Origin: a virus | IMG/VR virus record: IMGVR_UViG_3300019487_000009 | Location: 1-45,470 of that record | Strand: one strand, 5' to 3' | Length of the DNA: 45,470 nt | Part shown: positions 29,878 to 39,405 of the stretch, one piece after another | Numbering within the stretch: the stretch's first letter is position 1 | How the letters are laid out: every line of letters begins with the position of its first letter | The notes under the pieces: model-generated | What the model was told of the DNA's origin: nothing | Database searches by the model: none | What the model saw: the letters and a program-made list of their open reading frames with translations, nothing else | Made by a program: the position numbers and the translations under genes

Positions 29878-30909
29878 GTGGCGAAGAGATCCCTAGAGGC
29901 CCCGATCGTGACGAACGTTTTTGGGGTCAGGCCAGAGGGGACGCCCGGCGACGAGCCGACTCCGTCCCCAGCCTCAGCGGCGCCCGCCGTTCCGGCGGAG
30001 CCTGCGCCCGTTGAACCGGAGCCTGAAGAGGTTCCGGAACCTTTCCCGGCTCCGGCAGAGCCAGACGACGACGATGACGACGCATTCCTCGCCGGGGAGG
30101 GTGTTGACGGAGTAAGGCTCGGCACCAAGGTTTACAAGGATTGGAACGCGGCGGACCATGTCTTCCGACAGTTCGCCGGTCGGGCCAAGGCCGAGTCCAA
30201 GCGACGCAAGGAGACCGAAGCCGAGAACGAGCGGCTTCGCGTGGAGCTCGCAAGACGTGATTCTCGTCCAGAACCCGCAGTAAGCGCATCGCCGGCTCCT
30301 GTGATCCCGGCCACCACGCCCAAGCGGTTGAGCGAGCGTTTCACCGACGACGAAGTTGACACGATGATTGCCGAGAAGGGCCCGGCGGCGGCCTTCCGGC
30401 ATCTGGCGCAGTTGGCGGACTCGAGAGTGGAAGAGCTCGTAGACGAGCGCATGGCGGTAGTTCAGCCACTCGTCCAGCGTAATCAGGCTGTCGAAGTGAG
30501 CTCGGAGATTTTCACTCGGTTGTCTCAGATGGCGAACCAGGATGGCTCGCCCCTGTTTCCCGAGCTGGACCCCGAGGACCCTCGCAGCGACGTCGTGATC
30601 GCACGTTGGACGGAGAACCTGAGCAACCCCAGGCTGCGCTCCATCGCGTTTACCGACGCCGGGGTAGAGCTCGCTGTCCAGCAGTTGCGAGCTGAAGGTG
30701 CCCTGGAGTCTCAACCTCAACCCGCTCCTTCCAAGAAGACCGCCTCACCGACTCAGCGCGCCGCGGCAGTCCTCCAGGGTATGGGAAAGACGTCAAGAGC
30801 TCCCGTCCCGGCGCCAGGGCCTACGAAGCCGGTCGACCTGGAAGAGGCAGCTCGCCTCGCAATCGTCGCGTCCAAGCATCCGATTTTCGGAGCTAGACTC
30901 GAGCGTTAG
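29878..30909 (+). CDS. Scaffolding protein candidate (343 aa)
   Basis: Directly upstream of the major capsid gene. Acidic/Pro-rich N-terminus, charged helical core (KAESKRRKETEAENERLRVELARR). Alternative start GTG 29908 behind SD agagg. Confidence 0.6.
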   Translation: MAKRSLEAPIVTNVFGVRPEGTPGDEPTPSPASAAPAVPAEPAPVEPEPEEVPEPFPAPAEPDDDDDDAFLAGEGVDGVRLGTKVYKDWNAADHVFRQFAGRAKAESKRRKETEAENERLRVELARRDSRPEPAVSASPAPVIPATTPKRLSERFTDDEVDTMIAEKGPAAAFRHLAQLADSRVEELVDERMAVVQPLVQRNQAVEVSSEIFTRLSQMANQDGSPLFPELDPEDPRSDVVIARWTENLSNPRLRSIAFTDAGVELAVQQLRAEGALESQPQPAPSKKTASPTQRAAAVLQGMGKTSRAPVPAPGPTKPVDLEEAARLAIVASKHPIFGARLER

Positions 30910-30929
30910 CGGGGCTCTCAGGAGTCCCA

Positions 30930-32186
30930 ATGCCAGCCTCCCTCCCTACCCCGTGGCCCGGGGCGTACCCTGCTCCAGGCGTCATCACTGATGCTCAGAT
31001 CGCTCAGGGTGTCATTTCCGGCGATACCACGGCGCAGCTCAATGAGATCGCACAGGTTCAAAAGGGCCTGGTGTGGTTCAACCCCAACATCGCCCCCTTC
31101 CAGCGGTTGACGAACAAGCTCAAGAACCCTCGCGTGGTGGAGAACAGCCGCTTCTTCCATCTCGAGAAGCAGCGGTTGCCCCGTGAATCGGCCATCGTTG
31201 CGACGACCGGCGGAACCACCAGCCCCACGGCGCTCACACTTACTGCCAGTACTGGCGCTCGGTTTCGAGTCAATGACCTGCTCCTGAACGCCGACACCGG
31301 GGACATCGCGCTGATTACCTCGTTTGCTTCGGCCGACGTGGTCAACGTCACTTCCAACATCGGGGACAGCACGCCCCCCGTGCTGGCGTGGAACGCCGCT
31401 GACGCCGTCATCAACATTGGCAACGCCTACGAAGACGGTTCGACTGCCGGAGTATCCTTCCTGGTGGTGGAAGACGAGCGCAACTTCTTCTGCCAAATCT
31501 TCAAGGATTCGATCGAGCAGTCCCGCCGGTACATCAACACGGCGCTGTACGAGGGCGATCCCTGGGTCAATGCGCGCAAGCAGCTCGAGCAGGAGCATCT
31601 GCTCGGACTTGAGTACGCCGCGATCCTTGGCAAGCCTTCTCTCCAGCAGTCCGGTACCAACGACAAGTTCACGACCACGATGGGCGGCCTAGACTTCTAC
31701 GCCGACGTAAACGTTGTGGACTTCGGTGGAGACTCTACGATCAGTAAGGCCTTTTTCGACTCTGTCATGGTCGAGGCCCTTCGTGAGGGTCACTCCGGTT
31801 TTGAAAACCAGGAGTTGGCCAACAAGACGCTGTTCGGGTCCCATCGCTTCGTCGCGGCCCTCAACGCCATGGCGGACGACCAGATCCGGGTCGTGGAGCC
31901 CAGCGAGAAGACTTACGGTCTTCGTCTGATGCAGTACCAGGGTTCCTGGGGCCTGCTCAACGTGATCGTTGATCCGATCCTGAACAAGCCCAGCCTGGCG
32001 GATCGTGCCTACATCGTCGACCTTGACCACGTTCGTCCCGCGGAATTCCGCGGTGGCGCCACTAAGTTCGAGGATAACATCCAGACGCCCGGCACGGACG
32101 GTCGCAAGGCCCAGTACCTCTCCGACAAGTCGCTCGTCGTGGAGATCCGGCCTGCGCACACCAAGCTGTTTGGTCTCGCGCAGTAA
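30930..32186 (+). CDS. Major capsid protein (418 aa), HK97-fold type
   Basis: SD aggag. Size, position after the scaffold gene and before a strong hairpin. Sequence character typical of podoviral HK97-like MCPs as I recall (NFFCQIFKDSIEQS..., LEQEHLLGLEYAAILG). Confidence 0.8.
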   Translation: MPASLPTPWPGAYPAPGVITDAQIAQGVISGDTTAQLNEIAQVQKGLVWFNPNIAPFQRLTNKLKNPRVVENSRFFHLEKQRLPRESAIVATTGGTTSPTALTLTASTGARFRVNDLLLNADTGDIALITSFASADVVNVTSNIGDSTPPVLAWNAADAVINIGNAYEDGSTAGVSFLVVEDERNFFCQIFKDSIEQSRRYINTALYEGDPWVNARKQLEQEHLLGLEYAAILGKPSLQQSGTNDKFTTTMGGLDFYADVNVVDFGGDSTISKAFFDSVMVEALREGHSGFENQELANKTLFGSHRFVAALNAMADDQIRVVEPSEKTYGLRLMQYQGSWGLLNVIVDPILNKPSLADRAYIVDLDHVRPAEFRGGATKFEDNIQTPGTDGRKAQYLSDKSLVVEIRPAHTKLFGLAQ

Positions 32187-32194
32187 GGTTCTGT

Positions 32195-32221
32195 GGCCCG
32201 GCCGGAGATCCCGGCCGGGCC
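32195..32221 (+). terminator. Strong GC hairpin after the capsid gene (attenuator/terminator candidate)
   Basis: ggcccggccgg agatc ccggccgggcc, 11-bp perfect stem, followed by cagtttg (short T run). Confidence 0.45.
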
Positions 32222-32242
32222 CAGTTTGAAAGGGGTAAAGTA

Positions 32243-32662
32243 GTGGAGGAAGCCAGAATCGCAAAGACCCGTGGGGAATACCAGCCCTTCGATTTGGCCC
32301 GACAGCTTGATCGAGAGGGAGTCTTCTCGTTCGTGTCTCCAACCATTCAGAATCTCAAGATCCTGCTCAAACGCGACGCTACGTATGTGATCGACGGTGA
32401 GAAGATCAAGACTCCCCTCGTCGAAGCACAGTTCCGTGACTATCGTTTCGACACCAGGGATGAGAGCATTGCTACGATGGTTCGGAAGTCGAGGATGTTT
32501 CGCGCCGGCAAGATCAAGGAACTAGATACGGCCAGGAACCAAAGCAAGGCCGCCAGGATCGAGGCTATCGCCAGCCAGCTATCGAAGGACCCAGAGCTTG
32601 CGGCTCTGGTCGTAGAGTCTCTTCGGGCCAAGGAGGGCGCGGCTGTTCCCATCTCGGAGTAG
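32243..32662 (+). CDS. Hypothetical virion-module protein (139 aa)
   Basis: GTG start behind SD aaagggg. Follows the capsid gene. Confidence 0.6.
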   Translation: MEEARIAKTRGEYQPFDLARQLDREGVFSFVSPTIQNLKILLKRDATYVIDGEKIKTPLVEAQFRDYRFDTRDESIATMVRKSRMFRAGKIKELDTARNQSKAARIEAIASQLSKDPELAALVVESLRAKEGAAVPISE

Positions 32663-32665
32663 TTC

Positions 32666-33286
32666 ATGCCTAGGCTGATCGAAGACAACTGGCCCACCTA
32701 CGAGGACTCCCTGGGAGATCCCGGAAGCGGAACTGCTGTCGACGCCCAGCTTTTGGACGAGATTCTGGATGCACTGGTTGATTCGTTCTACAGCCAGACC
32801 CAGACCGATGGCATCCCGGGTATCATCAACGAGGTAGTGGAGGGTCGTGGCGGAGAAGCCTCTCTCGACGCGCGTTTTGACGCGATAGAAGACGACATAG
32901 CCGCGATCCAGGCATCCTCAGCCGACACTACCGTCGCGGCCGGGTGGACGATCAGTGGCCCATCCGGTAGCATGGTGGCCCCGTTTTTCCGGGTGCCGTT
33001 CTCCTGCACGGTTTTGGCCATCTACGGATACCGCAAGGGTGACTCGGCCCTGAACACGATCCAGGTTGTGAGGCGCCGCGGCGGGTCAGAGGTCGATCTG
33101 ATCTCAGCCGACATGACCATGTCGATTTCCGATGCCTACATCGACGCAACATCGGCGGCTGGTGGGAGCAACACGCTTCAGAACATTAGCCTTCAGGAAG
33201 GAGATATCCTGAGGCTCGAAGTGGCCAATGGTGGGGGAGCGGACCCTGACGCTTACGCCGTATCGGTGGTCCTGTCGTCTTCGTAA
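32666..33286 (+). CDS. Fibre/receptor-binding-like protein (206 aa), tentative
   Basis: The EVVEGRGGEASLDARFDAIEDDI segment resembles the ARG..SL..RL motif I associate with the N-terminal regions of phage fibre proteins. Beta-rich C-terminal half. Confidence 0.35.
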   Translation: MPRLIEDNWPTYEDSLGDPGSGTAVDAQLLDEILDALVDSFYSQTQTDGIPGIINEVVEGRGGEASLDARFDAIEDDIAAIQASSADTTVAAGWTISGPSGSMVAPFFRVPFSCTVLAIYGYRKGDSALNTIQVVRRRGGSEVDLISADMTMSISDAYIDATSAAGGSNTLQNISLQEGDILRLEVANGGGADPDAYAVSVVLSSS

Positions 33287-33603
33287 TGCCAACGTCCACG
33301 CGGCTCTCGCGCCTGGGCCTGGCCGTCCTGGACGAGACTCCCCTCGGGTTCCATCCCCCGGATGGTACCGATGGGGTCTACTCATTCCGGGACGTTCGTG
33401 AGCATGTGGTCGAGCACAGGCTTGACCGGGTTGCCCCGATTCGGATTCGGACACCCAAGGCGACAATCTATAGGCAGTTTCAGGCCCCGATCGTCTCCCT
33501 GGTCATCACTCCACCGACTGCTGGAATCTTTGCGCCTGGTGACATCTTGGTGGCGCCTTCGGTCGGGATTGTTGGCGTTCTCGAGGATTCCCTTCTCACG
33601 TAG
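33286..33603 (+). CDS. Hypothetical virion-module protein (105 aa)
   Basis: ATG overlaps the preceding TAA by 1 nt. Confidence 0.55.
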   Translation: MPTSTRLSRLGLAVLDETPLGFHPPDGTDGVYSFRDVREHVVEHRLDRVAPIRIRTPKATIYRQFQAPIVSLVITPPTAGIFAPGDILVAPSVGIVGVLEDSLLT

Positions 33604-33612
33604 GAGTTATCT

Positions 33613-34044
33613 GTGGCAAGTGGCGCGTTCAATAAGGGAAAGTTCCTGCTGGCGTCTGGTGGGGTTTCACTCCTGACACACACCATCAGGGTGATGCTAG
33701 TCGACAGCTCGTACACGTTTGATCCCGACGACCAGTTTGTGGATGACATCGCTGCGGACGAGATTGGTGTCTCTGGTTACTCCAGGCAAACGCTGGCAAA
33801 CAAGGACATAGTCCAAGACGACTTGAACGATCTGGCCCGCTTCGAAGCTGACGACATCTCGTTCGGGGCCCTCGCGGCGGGGGAGACGATCGGGGGGGCT
33901 GCGATCTTCAGGCAGGTGAACGACGACACCGACAGCCCGCTGATCGCGTTCTACGATCTCACGGACCTGCCGACTGACGGCGGGAGCGTGCTCTTGACCT
34001 GGGCGAACGCCAGCCAGGGATCGGTTCTGAAGTTTACGTCCTAA
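33613..34044 (+). CDS. Hypothetical virion-module protein (143 aa)
   Basis: GTG start. Possible distant paralogue of the next ORF (similar length; similar N- and C-terminal ends). Confidence 0.55.
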   Translation: MASGAFNKGKFLLASGGVSLLTHTIRVMLVDSSYTFDPDDQFVDDIAADEIGVSGYSRQTLANKDIVQDDLNDLARFEADDISFGALAAGETIGGAAIFRQVNDDTDSPLIAFYDLTDLPTDGGSVLLTWANASQGSVLKFTS

Positions 34045-34481
34045 TGGCCAACGTTGTCTATAACGCCTTCAAGCGGCTTTACCTCAAGGGTCAAGGCGGA
34101 CTGACAAACGCCGATCAGTTTAGCCTATACCTGATGCCGCCCTGGTACGTTGCTCTTCCGCGTCATGACCTCGCGGATGTTCTGGCCGATGCCTCATCGC
34201 CGGCCTTAGAATTTCCGAGCGTCTTGTCGCAGATCCAAGAGGGATCTGGCCTGGATCCGACCATGTGGTTTCTAGATGAGCCCGACCACATCATCGCGGT
34301 CTCTGGTTCTCTGACTAGGCAGGTCTCGGGTATTGCGGTGGTTACCAATAGCCTGCATATCAGCGGGGAAGAAGTACCGGCCGTATTCTGGGATACGGCG
34401 ACTGTAGTTAATCCCACCAGCTTCTCGATTGACCAACATGCGCAGTTCATACCGAAACACATAGTTCTTCAGTTTTCCTAG
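34044..34481 (+). CDS. Hypothetical virion-module protein (145 aa)
   Basis: ATG overlaps the preceding TAA by 1 nt. Confidence 0.55.
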   Translation: MANVVYNAFKRLYLKGQGGLTNADQFSLYLMPPWYVALPRHDLADVLADASSPALEFPSVLSQIQEGSGLDPTMWFLDEPDHIIAVSGSLTRQVSGIAVVTNSLHISGEEVPAVFWDTATVVNPTSFSIDQHAQFIPKHIVLQFS

Positions 34482-34492
34482 GAGGAAAGTAA

Positions 34493-34984
34493 ATGGCGGC
34501 AACCAACGTAAAGATCGAGAAGGATTCCCGAGGCCAGGTTATTCGGTCGTACGGCTTCGGGGTGCCCACGTTCACCGGGGTTAACGTAGTGGCTGGCGAG
34601 GACTCGTGGCAGCCCGAGCCGTACTGGAAGTTCTACGACTTCGAGTTTGACGGTGACGGAACGCTAGCGGCCACGGCCTTTATCCCGGCCAACTCCAAGA
34701 TCCTGCGCGCGAAGATCCAAGTGCTGGTTGCCATCGCTGGCAACAGCGCTGCGAAATTCGACGTGGGCTCCGGTTCGGACGAGGACGCCCTCACTCCGAC
34801 CCAGGTGGCAACCGTCACCGCTGGCGTTAAGCAGCGGACGAACGCTCCGCTGTCGAGCTTCACGGACACCTACACGGCGGCCACGGACCTGACCATCTCT
34901 GTCTTCGCGGCGGACGGGACGACTGCGGCCAATCCCACTTCCGGTAAGGTGCGGGTCTCGCTCGAATTCCAGCAGGTCGCGTAA
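34493..34984 (+). CDS. Stalk-less paralogue of the tetrapeptide-repeat fibre protein (163 aa); decoration or fibre-tip-like
   Basis: Very strong SD taggagg. KDSRGQ near the N-terminus and residues 52-116 align with residues 243-307 of the 5380 product (38 of 65 identical by hand count). Confidence 0.65.
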   Translation: MAATNVKIEKDSRGQVIRSYGFGVPTFTGVNVVAGEDSWQPEPYWKFYDFEFDGDGTLAATAFIPANSKILRAKIQVLVAIAGNSAAKFDVGSGSDEDALTPTQVATVTAGVKQRTNAPLSSFTDTYTAATDLTISVFAADGTTAANPTSGKVRVSLEFQQVA

Positions 34985-34996
34985 TCGGCTTTCGGT

Positions 34997-35020
34997 GCCC
35001 GCGGCGGTAGGGTCGCGGGC
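34997..35020 (+). terminator. GC hairpin after 34493..34984 (attenuator candidate)
   Basis: gcccgcg gcggtagggt cgcgggc, 7-bp stem. No U-tract. Confidence 0.3.
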
Positions 35021-35031
35021 GGGGAGATCAG

Positions 35032-35712
35032 ATGAAGCGGTCGAACATGCGGTCGATCGTCAGGCGACGCCTGCTTGACGAGGGTGCCCGTCAGCGCTTC
35101 TCCGACGGAGACATCAACACGATGCTCAACGTCGGGGCGCAGCAAGTCCAGGGCGCCATCGACCAGATCAACAAGAACGCCTTCCGGAAGACCGAGCTTC
35201 GTAACCTAGTCGCTGACGAATACAGATACGCAAAGCCGCGGGGCATCCTGCGGCTGAAGAAGTTCTACCTGGACTACGACGGTGATGGAACCTACGTAGC
35301 GGCCAAGCCTACCACCGAAGAGATGATCGAGGATCCGGTCAAGGTCACTCAACTACGTGACCAGGGCGGATCCTATTTCGTCTTCTCGGGTGGTGAGTTC
35401 CTGATCTTCCCAACCCCAGCCGAGGATGCGACAGACGGAATAAAGATCGTGACGGTTCCGGTCCTCGCAATGGATGATGACGACGACGACCTTGAGGACA
35501 TGGGTCTTGTCGAATCGTTACACATGGCGGTCGTTCTGTGGGCCGTCAAATTGCTCCTGCCGGAGGATTCCGAAGACACCAAGATGGTGGAGGCCGAGAT
35601 AGCCAAGATAATGGAGGTTGCGGTCCCTGTCTACGCCGGGGCCGGCATCACGGGTGCCCTGGAGTACGTCTCCGTAGTGGGCATCGGCGGTGAGCTCGGT
35701 GGAGTGCCGTGA
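35032..35712 (+). CDS. Head-tail adaptor-like protein (226 aa), tentative
   Basis: N-terminal IVRRRLLDEG...FSDGDINTMLNVGAQQV resembles the start of phage adaptor proteins as I recall them. Poly-Asp loop DDDDDDLED. Precedes a large tail-like protein. Confidence 0.45.
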   Translation: MKRSNMRSIVRRRLLDEGARQRFSDGDINTMLNVGAQQVQGAIDQINKNAFRKTELRNLVADEYRYAKPRGILRLKKFYLDYDGDGTYVAAKPTTEEMIEDPVKVTQLRDQGGSYFVFSGGEFLIFPTPAEDATDGIKIVTVPVLAMDDDDDDLEDMGLVESLHMAVVLWAVKLLLPEDSEDTKMVEAEIAKIMEVAVPVYAGAGITGALEYVSVVGIGGELGGVP

Positions 35713-37547
35713 AGCGTGACGAACTGAGGTTCGAGTCCGTAGACGGTGGCCAGTACGATTCAGTTCCGATCGCGCAGGTACCGACCAACGGGCACGCCAG
35801 GATGCTCAACTTCATCCCGAGGAACAAGCGTGCCGAGCTCCGGAGCGGGACGGTCCAGTTCTCCCGCCTGAAGACGCTGGTGGACTTCGAGCCAAATGCC
35901 GCCCTTCCGGTTCGGGAGCTGGCCCACGCAACTGGTGAGCTGGCAACCTGGGCCGCTGTGACCGCCTCCACGAAGGGCCAATTCGCTCTGCTTCATCAGA
36001 GCGGCGCGTGGGAGCCGGCCGTGATCCCGGACGACCTGGGTGCGAGCTTCGTCGAAGACGAGATGCCGTGGCTCCTAAGGACGCGGGTAAGGCGGGTCTA
36101 TGCGTCCCGCCGCGGCTCAGGCAGGATTAAGAGGATTGAGGCTGACGGATGGACTGATGCAGGCCGGCCGGCTCCGATCCTGCCCTTGACCCTCACGCCA
36201 ATCTACGACGTGGCACCAGGACCAGATAATCCGAATTTACCAGACGGGACCTACCTGGTCTCGTACACCTATGTTGACTCCGAAACCGGATTCGAGGGAA
36301 ACGGCTCTCCGGAGGCAACGGTGGTAGTCGATCAGGCCGGGGTTGGATTCCCGATCTTGTCCATCCAGGTATCCAGCTTTGTGCCGGCCCCATCCTGGGT
36401 TCGGTGGGACAAGTACGGAATCTACATGAGCCGCATAGACGGTGCGGTCTTGTTTAGGGTCGCCAACGTGGCTTCGGATACGACAGCCTACAACATCACG
36501 TCTCAGGAGGATGCCTCGGGAGAGCAGCTTGCCACAGACAATGACCTGCCGCCGGAAACGCAGTGGTTCGACTTCTGGAATGAGAGGACCTGGTGGATTA
36601 CCGAGGACGGGAAATCTTTTGGGTTCTCTCCGATTGGAAGGTACGAGTCCTTCTCGGCTGCGAACGCCTTCGAATTCGACAAGAACGATGGGGACAAGAT
36701 CCAGGTGATCTACTCCTGGGGCAAGTACATGGTGGTGGCAAAGCGTCGGAAGATGATGCTGTTCACCGGCTACGATCGCCAGACCTGGGACAAGGACACC
36801 TGGACGGACGTGGCCGGCTGCGTTGCTCCCTTTTCGATGCGGGACTGCGAGGGGACGCTGGTCTGGTTGTCGGAGTCGGGCTTCATGTCCGCGACGCCTG
36901 ACGCGCGTCCGAAGAACATCTCTAACCTTCAGGTCAAGGCCGCCCTGGCCTTCATGGATCAGGATCGCCGTGACCTGGCCTACGCCGAAATCGTTCCATC
37001 CCTCACCCTGTACGTATGCGCCTTCCCCCTGATGGACGGGAGCTGGCAAGCGGTCGCGCTGAATTATCAGACTGGTGCCTGGTCCGAGATGGCATGGACT
37101 GAAGACGTGCGCTCGATCCATTTTGGCTACGAGGATAGCGAACGCACCCGTGTCTTTGCGACCGCCAGAGATTTCGGCGAAGTGCTCTGGCTCTTCGAGG
37201 GTACCACCGATCTGGATGGAGATATCCGTGGCTTGCTTAGATCGGGTGCGCCCAGGATCGGAGAGGCCGGAGAGCGATCGACCCTGAGAGAGGTTAGTGT
37301 CGTGTCTTCTCCCACCAGGTACCCGGTAACACTGAGAGTGTTTGGGGACAATAGAGATACCGTTCTCGAAACTGGGGAGTACGACCTGGAAGGGGATTTC
37401 GGCTGGAAGCAGATGGGACTGATTGGGCGATACGAGCTCCAGTCCCAGTTGCAGGTCCAGCTCGAATACTCCGGACGCGACCCGTTTTTCGTCAGTGAGA
37501 TTAGCTGGGGTGTCTTGACATCCAAGGCCATGAGGACGAGGCACTGA
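35709..37547 (+). CDS. Large tail protein (612 aa); tail-tubular/nozzle candidate
   Basis: Position after the adaptor-like gene and size. Trp/Gly-rich beta-type composition. No motif-level support. Confidence 0.35.
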   Translation: MKRDELRFESVDGGQYDSVPIAQVPTNGHARMLNFIPRNKRAELRSGTVQFSRLKTLVDFEPNAALPVRELAHATGELATWAAVTASTKGQFALLHQSGAWEPAVIPDDLGASFVEDEMPWLLRTRVRRVYASRRGSGRIKRIEADGWTDAGRPAPILPLTLTPIYDVAPGPDNPNLPDGTYLVSYTYVDSETGFEGNGSPEATVVVDQAGVGFPILSIQVSSFVPAPSWVRWDKYGIYMSRIDGAVLFRVANVASDTTAYNITSQEDASGEQLATDNDLPPETQWFDFWNERTWWITEDGKSFGFSPIGRYESFSAANAFEFDKNDGDKIQVIYSWGKYMVVAKRRKMMLFTGYDRQTWDKDTWTDVAGCVAPFSMRDCEGTLVWLSESGFMSATPDARPKNISNLQVKAALAFMDQDRRDLAYAEIVPSLTLYVCAFPLMDGSWQAVALNYQTGAWSEMAWTEDVRSIHFGYEDSERTRVFATARDFGEVLWLFEGTTDLDGDIRGLLRSGAPRIGEAGERSTLREVSVVSSPTRYPVTLRVFGDNRDTVLETGEYDLEGDFGWKQMGLIGRYELQSQLQVQLEYSGRDPFFVSEISWGVLTSKAMRTRH

Positions 37548-37819
37548 TGCTGATTCCGGTGCCAATCCCGCTTACCGGAGATAGGTTGAGCCAAATCTCG
37601 CTCCCTCGTTTCCAGGCACAGCCGTCGCTCGAGCTTGTGTTTGAATCCGTAGACGAAGACCACTTCCTATCTCACGATCTGGGCCGAGTCCCGCTCGGGT
37701 ACTTCGTGATCGGCAGGAGCTCTGGTTTGGTCGTGTACGACGGCGAGACTGGTTGGACGGATAGAGTCCTTTCACTTCGCGCTACGGCAACCGGCCGGGC
37801 CCGACTATTGATAGTGTAG
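37547..37819 (+). CDS. Hypothetical virion-module protein (90 aa)
   Basis: ATG overlaps the preceding TGA by 1 nt. Confidence 0.55.
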   Translation: MLIPVPIPLTGDRLSQISLPRFQAQPSLELVFESVDEDHFLSHDLGRVPLGYFVIGRSSGLVVYDGETGWTDRVLSLRATATGRARLLIV

Positions 37820-37828
37820 GAGACCGCG

Positions 37829-38929
37829 ATGGCGCTTCCATACAACCCCTCCATGTTCCGAGTCCCCCAGCCGGGTCGGGGCCCCGGGCGTCCGGCGGGG
37901 GCTGGCGATGTCTTCACCCTGCGGGCGCCACGTCCGGCCGCTCCACAGATGCCAACCGTTCCGCAGGCTCCCATAGGTAGGCCGCGGAACACGCCCCCAG
38001 TGAATCCGGGCTTTCCGGGTGGTCAGAGGGCGTCCTATCCGGCTAGGATGGAGGCGGCCCTGCCAGCTTACAGCGCTGGGTATTCCGCGCTTGGGGGAGG
38101 CCAACGTGTTCCTGGTGGTGATGGGCAGCCACCCCGGCCCGCTCCACAGCCTGCCCCCCAGCCAGTCCCACAGCCAGTCCCACAGCCAGCTCCACAGCCA
38201 GCTCCACAAGCTCAGCCGGCCCCGTTTGTTCCCCCCGTTCCTCCGGCCCCGGTTGGGCTGCCCGCGGCTGGCCCCACCGGGCCAGCGCAGCCAGCCGCAC
38301 CGCCCATAGCCACGCCTCCCACGGCGGCCTCGCAACCGATTGCGCCCTCACCGTGGGGGTATGAGCAAATGTGGGGTGCGCTTGGAAACTTGGGCGACGC
38401 CGATATCGACGCCGCCTTGAAGTCTGGGATTCTCGGCAACCTGAGAACCAATCCGTTCGGGACGGCCGGACTGTCGCGTGCCAACGCACAGGCATTTGAG
38501 CAGGGCATGGCCGGCATCAGGGGTGGCAAGGAAGCCGCCCTCGCTGATCTCGCCCGTCGCGGAATCCAGGGACCCGCTGCCGCCGCCATACTGGCGGAGC
38601 AGGAGGCCTCGGGCCGTGGTGCCATTGCCGGTGCCCAGAGAGAGAATGTCCAGCAGTACGCCGAGAAGGCCGCACAGTTCAATCAGCAGGCGATAGCTCA
38701 GGCTCAGATTGCCGCAAGTGAGCTGGCGAACCGCGGAGTCAACCTCGAGAATCTGCGCATGAACCGCGAGCAGCTCGCTCAGCAGATCCTCGCCAATCGT
38801 GCCGCCGCCGCCCGCGCCGGCCAGGGCGAGCCACCCATCACGATCGACAACGGGGACGGAACCACGTCGACGATAGATCCGCGCCTACTTGAGATTGTTC
38901 TCGGGCTCGGGGAAGGCGGAAGGGAGTAA
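37829..38929 (+). CDS. Pro/Ala/Gln-rich internal virion (ejection) protein candidate (366 aa)
   Basis: PAPQPAPQPVPQPVPQPAPQPAPQ segment encoded by 12-nt repeats around 38140-38215. Helical Ala/Gln-rich C-terminal half. Confidence 0.5.
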   Translation: MALPYNPSMFRVPQPGRGPGRPAGAGDVFTLRAPRPAAPQMPTVPQAPIGRPRNTPPVNPGFPGGQRASYPARMEAALPAYSAGYSALGGGQRVPGGDGQPPRPAPQPAPQPVPQPVPQPAPQPAPQAQPAPFVPPVPPAPVGLPAAGPTGPAQPAAPPIATPPTAASQPIAPSPWGYEQMWGALGNLGDADIDAALKSGILGNLRTNPFGTAGLSRANAQAFEQGMAGIRGGKEAALADLARRGIQGPAAAAILAEQEASGRGAIAGAQRENVQQYAEKAAQFNQQAIAQAQIAASELANRGVNLENLRMNREQLAQQILANRAAAARAGQGEPPITIDNGDGTTSTIDPRLLEIVLGLGEGGRE

Positions 38930-38931
38930 TC

Positions 38932-39405
38932 ATGGCTTTGAATCTCATCAAGGGTATCCCCATCCTCGGGGGAATTTTGGGGGGCGTCGGCGGTGCTCTC
39001 CAGGCACGTCAGGCCAACCGTGCTGCGGAGATTGAGGCCTACAACCAGAACGTGATGAACCGCTACAAGAATAAGTTGGCCGCGGCGCAGTACGCACAGG
39101 AAGAGCTTCCTGGGCGACAGAGAACACGCCGCACTTCGACTCTTAGGGATCGCCTGGTGCTAGCGCTCACCAGGGGCGGGGGTAGCGCCGCTGGTCTCGA
39201 AAAGCTGATCCGTGGTGGTGGTGGATACGGGGCTGGTTCTCCTTACAGCGTCGAGGGAACCGCGTACAACCCTATGCAGAGCTACTACGATATCGCCGGT
39301 CCTCCGCCCAAGATAAAGGCCGCTCGAGGAAGCGTGCTGGGCGGAGCCCTTGGTGGCCTGGCCAGTGGCGCAGCCGCAGCCTACAATTCAGTGAGGAACG
39401 AGTAA
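38932..39405 (+). CDS. Gly-rich internal virion protein candidate (157 aa)
   Basis: N-terminal hydrophobic GIPILGGILGGVGGAL and C-terminal GGALGGLASGAAAA segments. Confidence 0.5.
   Translation: MALNLIKGIPILGGILGGVGGALQARQANRAAEIEAYNQNVMNRYKNKLAAAQYAQEELPGRQRTRRTSTLRDRLVLALTRGGGSAAGLEKLIRGGGGYGAGSPYSVEGTAYNPMQSYYDIAGPPPKIKAARGSVLGGALGGLASGAAAAYNSVRNE

Noticed and set aside
36237-37565. Long minus-strand ORFs opposite well-supported + strand genes (36237..37565, 43186..44430, 11566..12570, 4492..5349, 13840..14655, 7845..8639, 29974..30720, 40800..41489)
   Set aside because: They are typical stop-poor antisense frames of GC-rich DNA. They are Arg/Pro/Gly-rich, lack SDs, and each fully overlaps a + strand gene with recognisable motifs or tight operon coupling.
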